Positions 59,572 to 64,000 of a stretch of 64,000 nt of DNA are shown here, piece after piece. Position 1 is the first letter of the stretch. Each line of letters begins with the position of its first letter. The DNA is taken from NCBI GenBank assembly GCA_964574985.1, contig CAZNPH010000017.1, forward strand, positions 11,923 through 75,922, in the 5' to 3' direction. The notes beneath the pieces are model-generated. The model worked only from the letters and a program-made list of their open reading frames with translations, had not been told where the DNA came from and made no database searches. Origin of the DNA: an uncultured Bacteroidaceae bacterium. GTDB taxonomy: Bacteria > Bacteroidota > Bacteroidia > Bacteroidales > SM23-62. Both the position numbers and the translations under genes were made by a program.

Positions 59572-62500
59572 TATTTTTTTGTCAGACAGAGCATGCTCCC
59601 GTTCATGGCGGAAATAAATAATTTACCGTTCGCGGCGGCCATCCCGTCAAAAACAGGTGGTGATTCCAGTTCGTACTTGGCCATGACGCTCCCGTCTTCC
59701 GGTGAGGACAAAAACAGCATGCCTTTGGTTTTCCCTTTTATTCCGGCTTCCATCTGTTCCATATCTCCGGTTGACGGAATGCCGGAGATGCAAAGTGCGT
59801 TTCCTGCAAGGACCATGGCCCTGACCAGAACGGGGACTTTTTTCTCCCAGTCAAGGGTCCGTTCCCCGTTTTTCTCCCTGCTTATGCTGCAAAGCCGGTA
59901 GTATATTTCCCTGACGTGACCGCGGTCCCGGAAAAATCCCCAGTTTTTCCCCGGATCCATGCCCACATGGCTGCCGTGGTTGGCATACTGGTTGCGCCCG
60001 AAGCAAAAATAGCGGTCCCGGTCAAATGCAATGATCCTGCCTGCCGGCACATGGTTGCCGGCCTGGTGCCATCCGCCCCATCCGGACACATAATGGTCCG
60101 ATACCAGCCAGTAGCTTCTGTGCCACCAGGAATCATCGAGTATTCCTGTGGGGCAGTACAGATGGGGAACGTTCTGTTCCTGCCGCACCAGGTCCGCCGA
60201 ATACCTGTTCCGGCGCATGAAAACGGATTGTCCGTCGCCGGAAAGCACATCGGGTTTGGCCCCGGGCATCCCGAATCCCTCCACGATCCTTCCGGGTTGT
60301 TGTCCGGTGGAAGGATCCAGGTCATTGACCAGGGCCCTTGCCTGTACCCTTCCTGTTCCCGGATCGAGTCCGTACATATACAATCCCCCGTCCAGATATG
60401 AGGTCCTTCCCGCACAAAAATAGGCCGTGTCGTTCATAATCAGGATATTCCCGTGTACCGGCCAGGCGGATTCAAGTTGTTCGCAGGCCATGACCCTGCG
60501 GTCCCACGGTCCGGGCCTGAATTTCCATACCAGCGCACCGTCGCCGGCCCTGAGGCAGTACACATAGCCGTCGGCCGATCCGAACAACAGCATTCCTTTG
60601 TGGACGGTGGGCGGCGAATCGATCCTGCCCCCGGTGGTGAAATCCCAGAGGACCTTTCCGGATGCGGCATCCAGGGCATACAGGGTGTGTTCTTCCCGCC
60701 CCGCCACATAGACTCTGCCTCCGGCAATGACCGGAGCGGTCAGGTGTTTCGTGTGCAGCCGTGTTTCCCAGGCAGATTCGAGTCCGGTTGGGATAACCGT
60801 TCCGGTGCTGCCGCTTCTCAGGGGATCATGCCTGAGGGTGGGCCAGTCTTCAGGAGAGATGACCGGTGTTTCGTTTTCTGCAGGGACTTTGTCATAGGCC
60901 GGACCTTTGATCAGTTCAGGACCTTTTTCCGCCGGTTCTTTTATGGCATGGGCAAATACATTGAGTCCGTTTAACTTGGCCTGGATATAACAGGCACAGG
61001 TGTGGGGAGGCACGTAGAGGAGTCCGTTTGCCGGCATGATCCCGTACTGGCAGGATCCCCTGATCCAGTGATGGGGAATGGCTTCGCCGGTGGCCATGTC
61101 GATGAATTCCACCCCGGCCCTTCCGGTGATGATGTATTTCCCGGTGGCCTTGTTCCGGTAACACCGGTGGTGACTCATCCCGATGTTATAGAATTCCTGG
61201 TCGGGCGGCCTTTCCGATACGATTTCACCCGAACGTGGGTTCCTGGCGGCCGTGATCCCCGGATCCCTACTTCTTACAATATTGCCTGACCAGAGAAGAT
61301 CTCCGGTTAACAGGACGTCCACCGGGGCATTATATCCTTCCTGGCATTCTGTCCGCCAAAGCTCCTTTCCCGTTTCCGTATCGTATGCGATCAGCAGGCC
61401 CGGGGGCGCATTTCCGCCTGCTCCGCTGGGGACCCAGTGGATCTTTCCGGAAGGGTCTTCCGGGTTTCCCGGATTTTCACGGTCGGCTGAAAACAGGATG
61501 CCCTCCTGAACCACCAGGGTGGGGGTGGACCATCCCAGCCTCCAGCGGGCCACAGGGCGGTCAGCCTGCCATAATTCCTCACCCGTGGAAATGTCCAGGG
61601 CGGTCACCCCGGAAGGATTCTGATAATACACTTTTTTGCCGTCGGTGCACAGGGTGAGGGGCAGGGTTCCGGCGGTGGGCGGGCCGGCTCTTTCCCACAG
61701 CAAATCCCCGGTTTCCGTATCGACGGCAAGCAGCCTTTTATTACGGGGTCTGGGGGTGGAGGAGGTGAGGGCCTGCCTGGGTCCGTGCAACCGCATCATT
61801 TGATGGATTTTTTTCAGGGCTGCTGTGTCTCCGGAATATTCTTCACCGATGTTCCGGGGTTCCAGGGAAGGCCTTTCCCCGGCCACCAGGTATAGAATTC
61901 CGTCCCGGTGGATGATCTCCATGGTCCCATCCGTACCTTTATAGGTCCGCACAACCTCCCCGGTGGCAGCATCGAGTGCAACCAGGGGTTTGCCGAAGCC
62001 AAGAGTGGCATAGACCTTTTCCTTACCGGCCACCAGCCGGCGGGACAATTCCGGGGGTCCGCTGCGGAAGTCCCTGAGATGGTGTTCCCAGGGATCGATC
62101 TTTTTTCTCCATAACAGGACCCCGTTGTAGGCATCCCTGGCCACCAGGTTCCACCGGGGTTCTATCAGGATAAAAGCGGCCGGGGCCTCGTCTGCAATGG
62201 AAAATACCCTCCCTCCGGAAGTGACCATGGCACTGACCGAGGACAGGTGTTCGTGGCTTCTCATCCAGCGGGGCCCGCTTTCCCATTGAAGGTAACGGGG
62301 CGGACCGGTGACCGAATCCCTGCCCACCGCATTGTTGTCGGGTCCGTGCAGGAAATGGGTCCATTCATCGGTTCCCTGCAGTGCCGGTTTGATGTGTATT
62401 TCCGGACGGTCTTCACCAGTAATGTATACTTTGCCTCCGGGGGCAAGGACCCTGAGCATTTCTTCTTCTGAGAGTCCGCTCCCCCGGCCGGCTACCAGCA

Positions 62501-62831
62501 GGTTTGCCAGGTTGTCGGAATAGGGCAGATGGTCTTTGTCCCAGTACTCTACGGTGACTTTTCCCTGCAATCCCTTCCGGCGGATCCTGAGCAGGGCATC
62601 TTGCACATCTTCAGGGTTATTCGAGAGTCCGTGTACAACATACCCTTCACCGGCATGCAGGGCCGTGGTCAGCTTTCCTTTACCTGTCCCCAGATGGACG
62701 ATGAGTCCGCCACGGGTACCGGTTTCCTCCAGGATCAGGTCAGCTTTTTTCCTGAAACCGCTGCAACCGGCAGCCAATAACAATACCATTCCCGGAACAA
62801 CCAATGTCCGGCCAATCTTGAGATACATCAT
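59571..62831 (-). CDS. PQQ/BamB-type beta-propeller lipoprotein with degenerate methyltransferase domain (paralog 1)
   Basis: Lipobox LAAGC. HLGTGKG, WTHFLHGPDNNAV, HHRCY, RGSC, HTCAC and LDDSWWHRSYW. Confidence 0.88.
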   Translation of the reverse strand: MMYLKIGRTLVVPGMVLLLAAGCSGFRKKADLILEETGTRGGLIVHLGTGKGKLTTALHAGEGYVVHGLSNNPEDVQDALLRIRRKGLQGKVTVEYWDKDHLPYSDNLANLLVAGRGSGLSEEEMLRVLAPGGKVYITGEDRPEIHIKPALQGTDEWTHFLHGPDNNAVGRDSVTGPPRYLQWESGPRWMRSHEHLSSVSAMVTSGGRVFSIADEAPAAFILIEPRWNLVARDAYNGVLLWRKKIDPWEHHLRDFRSGPPELSRRLVAGKEKVYATLGFGKPLVALDAATGEVVRTYKGTDGTMEIIHRDGILYLVAGERPSLEPRNIGEEYSGDTAALKKIHQMMRLHGPRQALTSSTPRPRNKRLLAVDTETGDLLWERAGPPTAGTLPLTLCTDGKKVYYQNPSGVTALDISTGEELWQADRPVARWRLGWSTPTLVVQEGILFSADRENPGNPEDPSGKIHWVPSGAGGNAPPGLLIAYDTETGKELWRTECQEGYNAPVDVLLTGDLLWSGNIVRSRDPGITAARNPRSGEIVSERPPDQEFYNIGMSHHRCYRNKATGKYIITGRAGVEFIDMATGEAIPHHWIRGSCQYGIMPANGLLYVPPHTCACYIQAKLNGLNVFAHAIKEPAEKGPELIKGPAYDKVPAENETPVISPEDWPTLRHDPLRSGSTGTVIPTGLESAWETRLHTKHLTAPVIAGGRVYVAGREEHTLYALDAASGKVLWDFTTGGRIDSPPTVHKGMLLFGSADGYVYCLRAGDGALVWKFRPGPWDRRVMACEQLESAWPVHGNILIMNDTAYFCAGRTSYLDGGLYMYGLDPGTGRVQARALVNDLDPSTGQQPGRIVEGFGMPGAKPDVLSGDGQSVFMRRNRYSADLVRQEQNVPHLYCPTGILDDSWWHRSYWLVSDHYVSGWGGWHQAGNHVPAGRIIAFDRDRYFCFGRNQYANHGSHVGMDPGKNWGFFRDRGHVREIYYRLCSISREKNGERTLDWEKKVPVLVRAMVLAGNALCISGIPSTGDMEQMEAGIKGKTKGMLFLSSPEDGSVMAKYELESPPVFDGMAAANGKLFISAMNGSMLCLTKK

Positions 62832-62942
62832 TGCAGTAAAAGTTTATGGTTATGATTTTAGGAAGCATACCGAAATTTCTCAAAATATAGCCAAATATTC
62901 CGGACTATTCAAGGAAAATTGCATGTTCCTGCCGAATGAAGA

Positions 62943-64000
62943 CTATTGTCTTTCGTAGATGTTTTCTATGGCTTGTTTTCGCTTAAGAATTTCCCGGAAG
63001 CGGTTTTTCAGTTGCGATTGCCGGGGGGTCAGTTCCCGCCCGTCAAGGGGCTCTTTTTCCAGGGGGTCGTTAAGTACGTCAAAAAACCGGCCGTCCCCGT
63101 ACAGCTTGTATTGCCGGTCCCGCACGAATTCCCCTGTGGGGAAACTGCCCCAGTCCGGTTCGTAATACATATATATATATTCCTTTGGTTCACCGTCGCT
63201 TCCGGTGATCAGGGAGAGAAAGTTTTTTCCGTCCCTTCCGTATTCATCACCGGGGTCATGACCGGCCAGTCCGGCAAGGGTGGGAAGAAAATCGCTGAAA
63301 TCCACCGGTGCGTCCAGCACCGCTCCTTCCAGGGTGTGGCCTTTCCACCGGGCGATCATGGGGACCCGGGTACCCACATCGGTCATCAATCCCTTGCCGC
63401 CCCGGATGGTGGTGCCGTCACGCATGTCCGAGTAAATGCTACGGTGGGTCCCGTTGTCGGTTGTGAAGATCAGCAAGGTGTGCTCAAACAGGCCCAGGGA
63501 TTCCAGTTTTCCGGTGATCCGTCCCACGATCTTGTCGGTGTAATGCATCATGTCACTGAAAAACGCCGTGTCGCTTTTGTACCGGAGGGAGGTATCCGCC
63601 CATTCCTCCGATTCCGGGGTGGGGACGAAAGGGGAATGCACCAGCACCATGGGGTAATACACGAAAAAGTTCGTGTCTTTTTTCCTTTCCATGTAATCCA
63701 GGATGTAGTCACAGAAAACATCCGGGCCGTATTTGTCCTGCATATTCCCCAGCTCTTTTTCATTTTGCACGATGAGCGGATTCCCGTACCGCTCGCGGCC
63801 CTCGTTTTTGGTTTTGTCCAGTTGCCACAGGCAATACTCGTCGAAGCCGAAATGATAGGGGCGGGTCCTGTCCAGGCAACCTTCCAGGTCATGATAGATC
63901 CCGTTCAGCTGCCATTTGCCGGCGATGCAGGTGGCATAACCGGCTTCCTTCATCATGTTTCCGAAAGTTTTTTCTCCCGGATTCAGATATCCGAAGTACG
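62943..64000 (-). CDS. Arylsulfatase A-like sulfatase, 5'-truncated by the window edge
   Basis: GYATCIAGKWQL, GFDEYCLW, YYPMVLVHSPF, TDNG, GGKG..GTRVP and DFSDFLPT. Confidence 0.88.
   Translation of the reverse strand, partial: YFGYLNPGEKTFGNMMKEAGYATCIAGKWQLNGIYHDLEGCLDRTRPYHFGFDEYCLWQLDKTKNEGRERYGNPLIVQNEKELGNMQDKYGPDVFCDYILDYMERKKDTNFFVYYPMVLVHSPFVPTPESEEWADTSLRYKSDTAFFSDMMHYTDKIVGRITGKLESLGLFEHTLLIFTTDNGTHRSIYSDMRDGTTIRGGKGLMTDVGTRVPMIARWKGHTLEGAVLDAPVDFSDFLPTLAGLAGHDPGDEYGRDGKNFLSLITGSDGEPKEYIYMYYEPDWGSFPTGEFVRDRQYKLYGDGRFFDVLNDPLEKEPLDGRELTPRQSQLKNRFREILKRKQAIENIYERQ

Noticed and set aside
49565-62831. Calling the four paralogs BamB or classical PQQ dehydrogenases
   Set aside because: They are about three times BamB length, carry extra domains, and lack recognisable quinoprotein active-site motifs. 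Only the propeller repeat is shared.
49565-62831. Diversity-generating retroelement or shufflon acting on the array
   Set aside because: No reverse transcriptase, invertase or long near-identical template/variable repeats. The shared nucleotide stretches are short and coincide with conserved codons.
1-64000. CRISPR array, rRNA, tRNA, integrase or transposase
   Set aside because: I saw no regularly spaced repeats, RNA-gene signatures or recombinase/transposase motifs by eye.

Overview
A 64-kb stretch of a ~50-55% GC Bacteroidota genome, probably Bacteroidales. The assignment rests on TAnnTTTG -7 promoter boxes, A/T-rich start regions without Shine-Dalgarno sequences, and many Cys-lipoprotein signals. 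I saw no rRNA, tRNA, CRISPR array, integrase or transposase. Most genes encode exported carbohydrate- or sulfate-processing enzymes (GH106-like, GH2 x2, GH30-like, GH31-PA14, GH32, GH36-like, DUF4038-like, sialate O-acetylesterase, three sulfatases, a Tat-exported enolase-superfamily enzyme, an FAD oxidoreductase), yet there is no SusC/SusD pair. Four things stand out. (1) A tandem array of four ~1,100-aa lipoprotein paralogs (49.6-62.8 kb). Each has a degenerate SAM-methyltransferase fold and two PQQ/BamB-type propeller regions, joined by an invariant H-x-R-C-Y...RGxC...H-x-C-x-C module. A membrane-anchored CxC protein follows the array. This is the best candidate for an undescribed system. 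(2) An orphan archaeal-type PurD-like ATP-grasp enzyme with rewritten substrate loops, next to an EctA-like GNAT acetyltransferase. (3) About ten genes between 3 and 40 kb collapsed by internal deletions, fusions or homopolymer frameshifts. (4) A strong CCGG excess. All family calls come from motif recognition by eye, with no database search.
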